DNA of 64,000 nt from Candidatus Bathyarchaeota archaeon (GTDB lineage Archaea; Thermoproteota; Bathyarchaeia; Bathyarchaeales; Bathycorpusculaceae): positions 192,001 through 256,000 of the forward strand of contig CAWEPZ010000009.1 in NCBI GenBank assembly GCA_963811105.1. Reading direction: 5' to 3'. A program made the translations under genes and the position numbers. Of the stretch, positions 9,683-21,107 are shown in pieces. The notes under the pieces were generated by a model. It was not told the origin of the DNA. It ran no database searches and saw only the letters and a list, made by a program, of their open reading frames with translations. Positions within the stretch are counted from its first letter, which is position 1; the number at the start of each line of letters is the position of its first letter.

Positions 9683-11392
9683 CTAAACCTTTCCTTTTCT
9701 AGTTAAAAGTCTTAGAACAAAAAGTATTATGAAGCTCAAGAGTATGAGAATACCGCAAGCTAAACCGACAGTTAAAGCATCTACACCCGGAATACCCGGT
9801 GATATGCCTCTAATGGAATTGACCCAGTTAACAATCAACACAGGCGCAGTTTGAAGCTTGGACGTTACGGCTAAAGTTGCACCTGTCTCACTAACGCTTC
9901 GGGTAAAAACAATTATTGCTCCAGATAGGATCGAGTATTTGGTTAGCGGTAGCACAATTGTGCGGAAAACAGTGAATGGTTTGGCGCCAAGAGTTCTTGC
10001 TGCTTCCTCCATATCAACGTTAATTCGATCCATGGCAGCCGACATGGACCTTACGAAGTACGGATAGGTAATTGCCAAATGTGCAAAGACCAATAGGAGA
10101 AACTCGGGCATTTCAGGGATACCTTGCCAGAAAAACTTTAATGAAACGCCTAAGGCAATGGATGGAACAATTATAGGAACATTGATTAATGTGTCAAGAA
10201 TTGCTGAGGTTGTCTTACCGAATGGTTTTCGAGCAATCAAAATCGCCATTGGTATGCCAAGTATAATCCCCAAAACCGTGACTATGCCAGCTAATCCATA
10301 GGATAAAACGAGACTTTGCCATAAGCTTGCCCATACCCCTGAACCCGTAAAGGCCTGAATTATCGGGGTCCCATTGGCGATTGCTTGGAAAGCGGGCAGG
10401 GCTACGAAAAGCGAAGGAATCAAAACGATTACAATGAATACAAACAAAGCAATGCTGTTTCTAGACCAAGCAGCTTTTTTGTAACTTAGTTTCTTTTCGA
10501 AAACTGGAAAGCCATGACCAAAAGGAAGTTTAATTCTTTGTCCTAATACACGTATGAGTCCAAAAATCGTTAGTGAAACAGCAATTAAAATGAGGCTTGC
10601 AAATACTGTTGCGCCTTGGTAAGTTGCAATGGATATTGTACCTGCCTTAAACTCATTACTGAGAGTTTGGAGGAAGACTGGCCCATTCATGAAAACAGCT
10701 CCTGCAACAATAAAGGTAGCTCCTGTTTCAGAAAGAGATCTTGCAAACGCGAGAGAGAACGCTGCAATTAATGATGGTTTTATAATGGGGAAAGTGACGG
10801 TTCGTGAAGCAGTAAGTGGTGGAGCACCAAGAGTCCTAGATGCACGCTCATACTCCATCTTATAATCAAGCATAGCACCTACCATAATTCTGACAACAAC
10901 TGGGAATGAAAAAGTAAAATGAAGAAGCATGACAAGAAGCCAACCTGGAGAAACCAGCGACCCGCCAAAAAAATACGATATTCCGCCGCCCAAACTCCAA
11001 AAAAGCAAAAGAGAATAGCCCAACGCGGCAGTTGGCACAACGAAGGGAAGATCAGCTAAAGTGTCAAGAACGCTCAGCCACCGTGACTTTCCACGGGTAA
11101 TAAGCCAAGCCAAGGGCACGCCGGCAAGTAAATCCAATGCAGATACAACTAAGCCAATAATGAAAGAGTTTGAGATGGCGCCAAGGGCTGTATTCAATAA
11201 AGTGGTCTGGTTTAAGATGTTTTGGATTGTTGGCGCTTTAATTAAAACTCCGATGATGGGTGGAATTAGGATTATTGCAATGAAAATGATGATTGCCGAG
11301 AGATAGAGAGAGTACTTTAAGGGTTTTTTTGAGGATAGCCCATTAAGTGTGTTCCAGAGTTTGCTAAGCACTGTGCGGCTCCTTTCAGCCAA
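9683..11392 (-). CDS. ABC importer permease with two fused TM domains (possibly tungstate/molybdate)
   Basis: Two EAA loops (ERASRTLGA, EEAARTLGA) and two SETGAT motifs. Confidence 0.88.
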   Translation of the reverse strand: MAERSRTVLSKLWNTLNGLSSKKPLKYSLYLSAIIIFIAIILIPPIIGVLIKAPTIQNILNQTTLLNTALGAISNSFIIGLVVSALDLLAGVPLAWLITRGKSRWLSVLDTLADLPFVVPTAALGYSLLLFWSLGGGISYFFGGSLVSPGWLLVMLLHFTFSFPVVVRIMVGAMLDYKMEYERASRTLGAPPLTASRTVTFPIIKPSLIAAFSLAFARSLSETGATFIVAGAVFMNGPVFLQTLSNEFKAGTISIATYQGATVFASLILIAVSLTIFGLIRVLGQRIKLPFGHGFPVFEKKLSYKKAAWSRNSIALFVFIVIVLIPSLFVALPAFQAIANGTPIIQAFTGSGVWASLWQSLVLSYGLAGIVTVLGIILGIPMAILIARKPFGKTTSAILDTLINVPIIVPSIALGVSLKFFWQGIPEMPEFLLLVFAHLAITYPYFVRSMSAAMDRINVDMEEAARTLGAKPFTVFRTIVLPLTKYSILSGAIIVFTRSVSETGATLAVTSKLQTAPVLIVNWVNSIRGISPGIPGVDALTVGLACGILILLSFIILFVLRLLTRKGKV

Positions 11393-11606
11393 TGTCTTAT
11401 TGAAAACAAAGTTAATTAATTCTTCAGGTATAAAGCTATTACATTAGATTGAAAATTTCACACATAATTTTTCGATAAAATACATAGTCTTCATAAAAAA
11501 ACATAAACTAAATACCTGAGGGCTTCCTCCGAATTAACAGAAGCCTTTATGAGCTTTAAAAACTAGATTTTAGTCGGTGAATTTTTTGGAAGATAAGCAT
11601 AGAATA

Positions 11607-11807
11607 ATGAAGAAGAGCTTTGAAACTGAAATGTATGTTGATGGAAAAAAACTTCCCCTAAACAATTTCGTGCAGGAAACAATTGGCAACATTATGGCTG
11701 GATTTTCAAAATCGCTGAAAGGTTTGGATATTTCTCCAGAAACCATCGAAGTAAAAATTAGGCAGTTGCCAGCGCCAGCCGATGTTGATGCACATGTGTA
11801 TCCTTAG
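11607..11807 (+). CDS. Stand-alone MobB C-terminal-like small protein
   Basis: YVDGKKLPLNNFVQETIGNIMAGFSKSLKG resembles the C-terminal domain of archaeal MobB. Confidence 0.65.
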   Translation: MKKSFETEMYVDGKKLPLNNFVQETIGNIMAGFSKSLKGLDISPETIEVKIRQLPAPADVDAHVYP

Positions 11808-12577
11808 CTGACAACTTTCCTAAATTGGTACAAAGTTGCACTCATTGTTATTAGAGCGACTAACCCAATAACTCCCCAAGCAGGAAGTATCGTACCCCAA
11901 TCATAGCCAGTGATCATTAGCGCTCGGCTGGCGTCAACGGCATAACTTACTGGGTTAAACATTGACACATCCTTCACCCATGTAGGTAGGAAACTAATCG
12001 GGAACAACGCCGAACTTAGGAACAGCAACGGAAAAGTGATGACTCCTCCTATGGCGAAAACCGTTTCGGAACTTCTGGTTTTCATGCCTAGCGCTAAAGA
12101 GATTCCTGACCAAGCAAGTCCAAAAAACGCAAGCGTGAAGAATATGAGCAGAATTCCGACAACTCCAGTGGTGACGTTGGCACCTAAGGCGTATGCTAAG
12201 CCAAGAATTATTGCTGTTTGGATAACTACTCTAAAGGCATCACTGCTTAATCTGCCCAGAAGAATCGCAGGACGACTTACAGGTGTTACTAGCATTTTCT
12301 GCAGGAACCCTGAGTCGATATCCGCGACTATCGAGTTTCCGGACTGTAGGGCACTTCCAAAGGCGTTTTGCATTAGAATTCCAGCGGCTGCAAACTCCAG
12401 ATAACTTACTCCAGTCGGCAATATCCCTGGAAAACTCCCCAATCTGCCCAATAGCTGTGTAAATAATAAGAGAAACAAGAGGGGTTGGAAGAGGGAAAAG
12501 AAAAGAAGGATAGGAGTGCGAACGAGTTTTGTCATATATCTTATGAATATGTAGCGAGTGTCAGAAAGCAAAGTCAT
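11804..12577 (-). CDS. ABC-2 type exporter permease (DrrB-like)
   Basis: 6 TM, GFLQKMLVTPVSR..ILLGR, NPVSYAVDASR. Confidence 0.92.
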   Translation of the reverse strand: MTLLSDTRYIFIRYMTKLVRTPILLFFSLFQPLLFLLLFTQLLGRLGSFPGILPTGVSYLEFAAAGILMQNAFGSALQSGNSIVADIDSGFLQKMLVTPVSRPAILLGRLSSDAFRVVIQTAIILGLAYALGANVTTGVVGILLIFFTLAFFGLAWSGISLALGMKTRSSETVFAIGGVITFPLLFLSSALFPISFLPTWVKDVSMFNPVSYAVDASRALMITGYDWGTILPAWGVIGLVALITMSATLYQFRKVVS

Positions 12578-12579
12578 TC

Positions 12580-13575
12580 TTATCGCCTTCCTCCGAACAT
12601 TCTACTGGGAGCCTTAATGAGTTCTTCTGTTCTTATTCTTCTGCCCGTGTGCTTCATAAAAACGTCATCTAGCGAAGGGGAGGAGAACGTAACCGATGAA
12701 AGCCTAATGTCGCTACTGTCTAACGCCCGTACAATATCAGCGATTAGTAGACCCGCGTTCTTTGCATAGACAGTGAGACATTCTTCTGAATCTATTATTT
12801 CTGTGACGTCAGTCATGGTTCTAATGAGCTCTTTTGCCTTAACGCTGTCTTTCTTGCAGCTTTCAAGAGAAATCCTGATAGAGTCTGCCCCAATTTGGCG
12901 TTTTAGCTCAAGCGGAGAGCCACTTGCAACTATTTTTCCAACATCAATTATTGAAAGTCGTTTGCACAACTTATCGGCTTCTTCCAAATATTGGGTAGTT
13001 AAAAAAATGGTTATGCCTTCTTCTTTGTTTAGTTTTTCCAGATAACTCCAAATAGCGGAACGCGACTGAGGGTCCAAACCAGTTGTGGGTTCATCTAGAA
13101 ATAGGATTTTTGGCTTATGAATCAGAGCAGTAGCTAGATCCAGCCGTTTTTTCATGCCACCGGAGTAGTTTCTAGCTCGTTTTTCTGCCGCTTCTTCAAG
13201 ACCCACGAGACTTAGAAGTTCGTTGACTCGTTTTTTGATCTCATTTCCGTTCATCTGGTGGAAATGGCCTTGAATAGTTATGTTTTCCCTGCCTGTAAGA
13301 TCACCGTCAACGGTTGTTTCTTGGCTTTGCACTCCGATGATTTTGCGGATAAGAGCTGCTTGTTTATCAACGTCGTATCCTGCGATAGTAACGACGCCGG
13401 ATGTTTTTCTGAGAAGTGTCGTAAGAATCTTAATTGTTGTGCTTTTTCCTGCTCCGTTAGGTCCTAGAAAACCGAAGAATTCTCCTTCTTGAACACTAAA
13501 GGAAATGTCGTCTACGGCTTTTGTGCCATCGCCATAAATTTCAACAAGATTCTTTACCGTAATAATGTCTGACAT
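12580..13575 (-). CDS. ABC-2 exporter ATPase (DrrA-like)
   Basis: GPNGAGKST, YSGGMKKR, FLDEPTTGLDP, PSLDDVF; start set at MSDII. Confidence 0.93.
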   Translation of the reverse strand: MSDIITVKNLVEIYGDGTKAVDDISFSVQEGEFFGFLGPNGAGKSTTIKILTTLLRKTSGVVTIAGYDVDKQAALIRKIIGVQSQETTVDGDLTGRENITIQGHFHQMNGNEIKKRVNELLSLVGLEEAAEKRARNYSGGMKKRLDLATALIHKPKILFLDEPTTGLDPQSRSAIWSYLEKLNKEEGITIFLTTQYLEEADKLCKRLSIIDVGKIVASGSPLELKRQIGADSIRISLESCKKDSVKAKELIRTMTDVTEIIDSEECLTVYAKNAGLLIADIVRALDSSDIRLSSVTFSSPSLDDVFMKHTGRRIRTEELIKAPSRMFGGRR

Positions 13576-13731
13576 AAGTTTTACACTATATAGTTTCACG
13601 TTTGGTAAAATAACCCTATGTGACTGTCGCCCTACAGCCACACAAGCGAGCTAAAAGAAGCTAGTTATATTTGCCCTTGCTATTTGCCCAAGTAAGTTAG
13701 CAAACTGAATCCTCGATTCATAAAAAATAAC

Positions 13732-14051
13732 TTGTTAGAAGCTAAATTCCAAATTATTTATAAGCCCAGTGAATCTCAGTTCTTATACAATAACTTATTA
13801 GTAGTTCTTTTTAATCAGAAGAATACTCTCAAACAAAATGAAAATAAAAATCGCAGTACTAAATTAAGATTGGAACTCAAAAAAAAGACAAATGAAATTC
13901 GGGCACTTCTAATTAATGCAAATATAGATTTTGAGTCTGCAGAGAATAGAGCATTAAACGAATATCTTCCTAAAATTTTTCATGGTTGCCCATTTACTGA
14001 AGGCCATGCACAACCAAGCAACGTGTAGATTGCGATGTCTTCAAAACCTGA
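13732..14051 (+). pseudogene. Degraded hypothetical protein with Cys-containing tail
   Basis: ...KIFHGCPFTEG continues in another frame as CTTKQRVDCDVFKT-stop; no clean start. Confidence 0.3.
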
Positions 14052-14830
14052 GAAAATAAATGATTCTGCAAGACGAAGCATGACCGCTGAGTTGTAAGTA
14101 AACATATTGCTGATTTGTTGTTTTATGCCTTGAAAGCTAAATTTTGTGCCTATTTTTTTAACTTCTAGATCACGTTGATCAACAAAAAGCAATCCTAAGC
14201 TTTTGAATGTTAACTTAGTTACTTTTTCAAACAGAGGGCTTCTATGAAAGCAAAGCGAGATTGTATGCTCCTTGAGGATTGTAGAAATTAAGAAGGATTC
14301 TGATCCGAAAACGCATAATCATTTCCCGTCTATAGGTTAAGGCTCAATCTATTTAGCTTTAATAAGAGGAGCAGGGGTGACTGACGGAAAACATTAGGTT
14401 GTTTAGTGAACCTAAGGTAAGCACTATTCTACTTATTTCGTAATTCAATCTCTAGATAAGACTTCTCTAACTACCTGTGAAACAAGGTCATCTTCATAAT
14501 CGTCAATAATTGGACTCGTAATAATGCAACTTTTGTACTTATTTTTTTTCCCCATTTCGCATCTAGAAAGGTAGTGTTTCAATAGATAACTAAGGTTTAT
14601 GAAGCGAGAATCAATATTTCAAAACTGAGGATTTGTAAACACGCCATGAAAATCCATTCAAATTAAGTTTTTTCTCGCATGGTTATACCCTTTATTTGAT
14701 TATATAAGTAATCCACAGAATGCAGCAGTACAGGTTGCTAAAGAAGAAGACTTTGATTTTTCCATACAATTCACCGAAGAAAGTTATGCTCAAGCCATTT
14801 TCGGGGTTTGTTGATCCAGCTTGTCTTCAG

Positions 14831-16508
14831 TCACTTCACACTAATTGTATCTTTATCCAATACAGATTGTGGTTTTTGACTTGTGGGTTTTCTTTGTTTA
14901 ATGGGCAAGTTGATTGTGAACGTTGTTCCCATGTTTGCCGCCGTTTTTACTGTTATTGTGCCTCCGTGTGCCTCTATGAAGCGTTTACATATGGCTAAGC
15001 CGAAACCCATTCCTTGCGCTTTAGTCGTGAACAGAGGCGAGAAAAGCTTTTGCAAAGTTTCTTCTGGTATACCTGCACCTGTGTCAGCGAAAGCGATCTC
15101 CACACAATCTCCTGTTTGCCGGCTAGTGATTTCGAGTTTGCCCCTCTCAGGCATTGCGTCAATTGCATTCTTGATAAGGTTTATGAAAACTCGTAGCATC
15201 TTGTCAGTGTTAACCCAAATCCAAGTTTCTTCATTAACGTGGTTTACAATTTGTATTCGGTCTGGAACTTGAACCATCCCTATAGCCTCTTCCACAAGAG
15301 TACGTGCAGAGTATTTTGTGAGTTCCAGATGCATCTCTCTTGAGTAGTCTAAAAGGTCGTTGATGATTTTATCTGAATGATCGATTGCTTTATCGATGAT
15401 TTCAAGCATTTCTTTAGCCTGAGCTTCAGAAATTGCGCTACCTTTCTTTTTCAAGAAGTATGCAGCATTCTTAATGCCTGCTAACGGATTGCGTAGATCA
15501 TGTCCAATCATACCCGCTAATTCGCCTATAGCTGCTAAACGTTCAGACTTAACAAGTCGTGCATTAGCATCTTTTAGTTGAGCAGTTCTCAAATCAACCA
15601 TGCATTTCAAATGTTTCGAATAGTTATCGACTTTTGTTTCTAGAATCTTTCGAAGATCTTCAGCCTTTTTGCGTTCAGATACGTCTCGCAAAATTCCAAC
15701 AAGACCTTCTGGGTTACCAGCAGTGTCTTTAAAGAGTCCAACCGTGAGTTCTGCAGGGTATTCTTCGCCGTTAAGTTTTAAGCAAGAAATTTCCACTTTG
15801 GGGATAATTCCTTGACTGATTAATTTGTTCATCGCTTCTATGGCTTTTGGCTGGTCTTTCTTTGCGATAGATTCGAACCCGTTTTTGCCGATTATCTGTC
15901 TTCTTGAGCTGTAGCCGCCTTGTTTTAGGGTTGCTTCATTGCAGTCAACAATTTTGGCGTTTAGATCACAGATTGTAATGGCTTCTGGACATGAATCTAG
16001 AATGGTTCTTAGCTTCTTCTCTTTTCGGCATGCTTTTACTTTTGCTTTTGCGTTCTTCCTTTCAACTGATTGGCGGATACCATAAATTAGTTCACCATAG
16101 ACAGTTTCGGGGGGACCTCGCTTATTGTAGTATCCGTCTGCCCCAAGGTTTAGTGCTTTTATGGCTACTTCTTCTTTGCCTTCTTCTGTGAACAATACAA
16201 AGGGGATTTTATTGTTTTGCATTCGCAGCTCCGTAAGAAATTGGAGCCCGTTTTTTTGGGGCATCTCAAAGTCAGAAACGACAATATCATAATGGTCAAT
16301 TGCTATTTTCTTGAAGGCTTCATCAACACAACAAGCGTTGTCAATGCTAAATCTGCCATCCATATCTGTGAGAATCTGCTTTGAGGTCTCTAACATTGAC
16401 AGGTCGTCGTCAACATGCAAAACTCGTAAAACACTCTTTCTATTTGAAGCAGTTAATTCAGATACTTCTACTACTATTGAATTCTGATTGAGGGTTTTTA
16501 TTCACCAT
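14831..16508 (-). CDS. Hybrid sensor kinase REC-PAS-HisKA-HATPase (probable 1-nt indel near 5' end)
   Basis: LRVLHVDDD, SDFEMP, PAS, GHDLRNPL, NLIKNA, DTGAGI, GMGFGL; ATG 16508 is out of frame by one base in an A5 run near 16496-16500. Confidence 0.9.
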
Positions 16509-16788
16509 GCACCAAACAAATAGTTAATGAGTTGTAATAAGACAGTTATGAATTTAGAATACTAAACATAGCCTTTCCCTAATAGAAACAGAATTAGAAA
16601 ACCATCTTTATCGCGCTTGGAATGATATTGCTAAGAGCGCAGGGGTTTTCTTCTAGGTAAGGTAATTGAATTGACGGTGAGGAAGTGACGCGGTTTTCGA
16701 AAGAGGTAGCAGAGCAATTAAGGCAGGGTTGTTGGCCGAGGTTGTTATTCTTATTTTCCTTGCAGATACATCTTTTTCGTCTGCCTTA

Positions 16789-17188
16789 ATGAAATTCATG
16801 CTTCAACCACTCATTCTCCAATTCCTACTTCAACGGGTCTTGCTGACTTCGTTGTGTCGGCCTCGGAGGACCTGGAAGTAATTAGTACTTCTGGAGATCA
16901 GTTTGATTTCCCAGGTTCTTCTTTCACGTTCACTATAACGCCAAATTCAGGATACAAAATTTCAATTGTCATTGTAGACGGAGTACCACTGAGACCAATA
17001 TCAACCTACAGATTTAGCAACATCCAGGAAGCCATGAAGTATTAGCTGCGTTTGCTCTAGAAACAACACCGACCTCATTAGAAATCTTTTTCATAGCCAC
17101 AATAGTTATTCTTGCAGGTTTGTCTATAATTCTTATTGTAGGAAGACATATCAAAAGGAAAAAATTAGCCTACAAACCCTTTGTCTAA
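16789..17188 (+). pseudogene. Frameshifted InlB-B-repeat-like surface protein fragment with C-terminal TM
   Basis: TFTITPNSGYKISIVIVDG...YRFSNIQE, then shifted frame HEVLAAF...IATIVILAGLSIILIVGRHIKRKK. Confidence 0.6.
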
Positions 17189-17751
17189 TTGGTTTGTGAA
17201 TGCTTGCATCTTTGTCTTCAGAGTAACCTGACCCTGAGCGCTAACTATATGCTCGACAAACACATATTTTCTACAAAACTGTAAGGTACATTTCTTAAAT
17301 AGCGTGTCCGAAAAGGATTATTTTCAAGTTCGCTATATGTCCTTGAATGATTTGCGGGATGCTTGTCGAATGTGTGTAGTATTACTTTTAATGCTAATCA
17401 ATTTATGCAATAATCCGAAATGCAAGAATAAAAGGGTGATGGCTCGTCTCTTTGAGACGGGACATTATTAAGGGCTACTAACTAAATTTTTTAAGAGATT
17501 GCTCGAAGAGTGAGTGAACTGAACCCTTAAACGTATGATTACTTTCTCAAAACAGCATAAAAGCTTTGGCAAAAAAACAACATGTAATAGTAAACTATGT
17601 GGAACATGACAGAGTTCTTTGACTTCTCAATCCAGCAAGTACGCGGTACAAAAATTCCGTAATATTCATTGCTTATGTTCAAAGAGATAATGAATATGTG
17701 CAAATCTTAATATTTTTCGGGCAAGCTCTATTACGTAGAAGGAAAACTAAA

Positions 17752-20247
17752 TTGAAAATCTTAAACAAGAAAAGCCTTAACATTGTGATTTCGATTTTGC
17801 TAATCGCTTCTTTTGCGGTCACACTATTTGGAAACCTAAACGTAGCCGCTCAATCTTTAGGCAAAGCTTACCCGTTTATCGAAGCAGTTCCTAACCCAGT
17901 CGGTAAAGGACAAGTAACACTGTTAAACGTCGGCGCTCTCAACTTCCTAAACGCTGAAAACGATGGTTGGAACGTGACGGTCTCAATCACAAAACCAGAT
18001 GGAACCAATGATACCATAGGATCATTCAAGACATTCTCAACCGGCACGTATGGAAAATCTTATGTCCCAGACCAAGTAGGAACATATGTCCTGAAGACAA
18101 ACTTCCTTGAACAAACATACGCGGGCGTGAAATATGCTGCAGTTTCAAGCGATCCATATGAACTAGTCGTTCAGGAACAACCAGTGCCAGCCTATCCAGA
18201 TCAGCCTCTCCCAGCAGAATATTGGTCACGCCCTATCGATTCACAGCTTCGATCCTGGTGGTCAATTGCAGGCAGTTGGTTAACTAAACCAAATAACCTC
18301 TTAGCGCCGTACAATGCAGGTCCAGAAAGTGCACATGTTCTTTGGTCACAACCATTAGGTGACATGAACGGTGGACTCGCAGGCGGCGACACTGGTGAGC
18401 ATGGACATGAAACAGGCGATGCATATGAAGGCAAATTCTCAGGTTCAGTAATTATCGATGGAGTTCTATACTACAACCGATACATTTCAGGCAACCCACA
18501 ACAAACAGTTGTCGCAATGGATTTACACACTGGAAAACAACTTTGGGAAACCAACCTATTGGGCCAAGGCTTACGTTTAAGCTTCGGGCAAACCCTTTGG
18601 TGGGATTCAAGGAACAACCGCGCAGTCTTCTCATACATATATGCTTCTAGCGGAACCAACTTGTTTGCTTTTGACGCACACACAGGAAACTTGCAATTCA
18701 ACTTCACAAACGTACCCTCAGGCACAGTGTACTACGGTGCAAACGGCGAACTCTTAAAATACACACTAACAAACCTTGGCAACACAACGAACCCCAAATA
18801 TTACCTCAATCAATGGAACTCGAGTTGGGTAGTAACCAACGGCAAGACTGGTATGTCTGAAAGCTGGGGCAGCCAAGTCTTAGGAGTTACATACAACGCA
18901 ACACTTAGAGGATATGACAGAAACGTCTCATGTACAGGAATAACTTCAGTTCTTCCAGGCAGCGCTTCAATAGCATACGTCGGCGATAAACTAATCGGCA
19001 CCCGAGTCAACCAAACCGAAGTTGACCTCTGGGGAGTAAGCATAGCACCCGATGCAAGCTTCGGACAATTACTATACAACACAGTATGGGCAGCACCATC
19101 TGAATGGCTTCTAGGCAACATAACCATCGGTGGCATAGGACAATCCGGTTGGTGTGCATGGAGTCCAACAAACCAAGTTGGCGTCTACTTCACAAAAGAG
19201 AACCGTGTACACTACGGTTTCAGTACGTCTAACGGTAGCTTCCTATGGCAAACGGCACCACAAAAATTTGAAGACGCTTGGAGTGACACAGTCACCGCGA
19301 CCTTCGGCCCAGACAGAGTCATTGCCTACAACGAGCTAATCTCTGCCACAGTCGGCGGAACAGTATATGCATATAACATTGCTGATGGCAAACTATCTTG
19401 GACATACAACGCAACAGATCCTTTCCACGAATCATACATCGGCAACGATTGGTGGACAGTACCACTTTTCGTCACAGACGGCAAAATCTACATTGGCAGC
19501 ATGGAACACTCAGCTTTAGACCCCAAGCCAAGAGGCGCTCCGTTCTTCTGTCTTAACGTCACAACAGGCGATTTGCTCTGGAGAGTAAACGGTATGTTCC
19601 GCCAAACAAGATGGGGAGGAAGAGCAATCATCGGTGACAGCATCATCGCAACCCTAGACACATATGACCAGCAAGTCTACGCAGTAGGTAAAGGTCCAAG
19701 CTCAACGACAGTCTCGGCACCTGATATCGCTGCACCATTCGGAAACGCAGTCGTAATTAAGGGCACCGTAATGGATGTTTCACCAGGAACTAGCAGCGAT
19801 GCAATGAAACTACGCTTCCCCAACGGTGTGGCAGCAGTGTCAGACCAGAGCCAAAGCGACTGGATGCTATACGTTTACAAGCAATTTGAACAACCTGGCA
19901 ACATCACTGGAGTACCAGTAAGCATTGACGCAACTGACCCCAACAACAACTACATCCACATTGGTGACACAACAACCGACATTAGCGGTCAATTTAGCTA
20001 TATATATACACCAACACTCTCAGGCAAATACACAGTCTACGCAACGTTCTCAGGTTCAGCAGCATACTATGGTTCATATGCAGAGGCACCCTTAGGTATA
20101 GCCCAACAAGCATCACCAACGCCAAGCCCTTCACCACTAGCAGTCAGTGTCAGTGACACCTACTTAATTCCAGGCATCATTGCAATCATTATAGCAATAA
20201 TCGTAATCGGCGTAATACTTGCACTGCTCATTAGTAGAAAACATTAA
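17752..20247 (+). CDS. PQQ-like beta-propeller repeat surface protein with signal peptide and C-terminal TM anchor
   Basis: Repeats DLHTGKQLW, NIADGKLSW, NVTTGDLLW; PLPAEYWSRPI, SAHVLW and GTVMDVSPGT motifs typical of the Bathyarchaeia family; TTG start behind AGGA. Confidence 0.88.
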   Translation: MKILNKKSLNIVISILLIASFAVTLFGNLNVAAQSLGKAYPFIEAVPNPVGKGQVTLLNVGALNFLNAENDGWNVTVSITKPDGTNDTIGSFKTFSTGTYGKSYVPDQVGTYVLKTNFLEQTYAGVKYAAVSSDPYELVVQEQPVPAYPDQPLPAEYWSRPIDSQLRSWWSIAGSWLTKPNNLLAPYNAGPESAHVLWSQPLGDMNGGLAGGDTGEHGHETGDAYEGKFSGSVIIDGVLYYNRYISGNPQQTVVAMDLHTGKQLWETNLLGQGLRLSFGQTLWWDSRNNRAVFSYIYASSGTNLFAFDAHTGNLQFNFTNVPSGTVYYGANGELLKYTLTNLGNTTNPKYYLNQWNSSWVVTNGKTGMSESWGSQVLGVTYNATLRGYDRNVSCTGITSVLPGSASIAYVGDKLIGTRVNQTEVDLWGVSIAPDASFGQLLYNTVWAAPSEWLLGNITIGGIGQSGWCAWSPTNQVGVYFTKENRVHYGFSTSNGSFLWQTAPQKFEDAWSDTVTATFGPDRVIAYNELISATVGGTVYAYNIADGKLSWTYNATDPFHESYIGNDWWTVPLFVTDGKIYIGSMEHSALDPKPRGAPFFCLNVTTGDLLWRVNGMFRQTRWGGRAIIGDSIIATLDTYDQQVYAVGKGPSSTTVSAPDIAAPFGNAVVIKGTVMDVSPGTSSDAMKLRFPNGVAAVSDQSQSDWMLYVYKQFEQPGNITGVPVSIDATDPNNNYIHIGDTTTDISGQFSYIYTPTLSGKYTVYATFSGSAAYYGSYAEAPLGIAQQASPTPSPSPLAVSVSDTYLIPGIIAIIIAIIVIGVILALLISRKH

Positions 20248-20261
20248 AAACCAAAAGAATC

Positions 20262-20281
20262 AATCACCTTTCTTTTTTTAG
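20262..20281 (+). terminator. Oligo-T archaeal terminator
   Basis: CCTTTCTTTTTTT just after the stop of the PQQ-repeat gene. Confidence 0.6.
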
Positions 20282-20435
20282 ATTCTTAACAAGCGATTTG
20301 TTCATTAGCAGTTGATCTACTACTTAGATTAATGATTGATTTATTCGATTAAGCGGACTTTTTCAATACTTTTATGATGAATTCGTTGTAAATCCAGCAA
20401 AAGAACTAAATATTCTAACCAATTTTTGCTATTTT

Positions 20436-21107
20436 ATGTTCAAGAAAATCTATCTTATAATTGCCGTAATTGTTATCGCTGTTGTTATTAGCATTGCGGC
20501 TGTTCTATCAATACCAAACCAGCCAATACCTTCTATAAAAGCTGTCACAAATTTAGTTCCAGGTGACACTTTTACATACAGCATAAAAGGCTACTCCGAT
20601 TTTCTTGCAGACAACGCCTCGGAGCCTGCAAGTTTCAAGGAGTTAAACCAAACTGACTTCTACAAAGTTGCCATTTGCTCCGTGTTAGGACCAGACATCA
20701 AATTTAACACGACTTGGCGTTTCCTAAACGGGACTGAAATCAATTTACAGGGCAATGGTAACCTTTTGAAAGGTATAGATGACACTCAATTCTGGGCTAT
20801 ATATCGATCAAACCTTACTCTCTATGATCTTGTTCGTCCTTCGGGAGAAGATGGAATGATTGTGAACCAGACAGAAACAAGAACTTATGCAAATGGTCTC
20901 AGACCAGCCAACGTGATGACCTATCAAACCCAATTCCTTGACACCAACGATCCATCACTTAGTCGAGCAGTTGATGAATATATTTACGTTCACTTTGACA
21001 AAGCAACCGGAATGCTTGTCGAGCTTAAAGACATGCAAATCTACAGTGACCAAGTAGTCCTTACCGTCGAGTGGCAATTGGAGCAGACTAATGTTTGGGT
21101 AGTATAG
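20436..21107 (+). CDS. Hypothetical N-terminally anchored/secreted protein
   Basis: 223-aa ORF, N-terminal TM, GDTFTY...FDKATGMLVEL...LEQTNVW. Confidence 0.75.
   Translation: MFKKIYLIIAVIVIAVVISIAAVLSIPNQPIPSIKAVTNLVPGDTFTYSIKGYSDFLADNASEPASFKELNQTDFYKVAICSVLGPDIKFNTTWRFLNGTEINLQGNGNLLKGIDDTQFWAIYRSNLTLYDLVRPSGEDGMIVNQTETRTYANGLRPANVMTYQTQFLDTNDPSLSRAVDEYIYVHFDKATGMLVELKDMQIYSDQVVLTVEWQLEQTNVWVV

Noticed and set aside
110-13492. Many plus-strand ORFs of 60-130 aa over the hydrogenase and ABC operons
   Set aside because: Antisense shadows of well-supported minus-strand genes (the 11607 ORF is the exception).
17431-17470. Fluoride riboswitch (GGTGATGG start)
   Set aside because: The downstream pairing and pseudoknot elements are missing, and no crcB-like gene follows.
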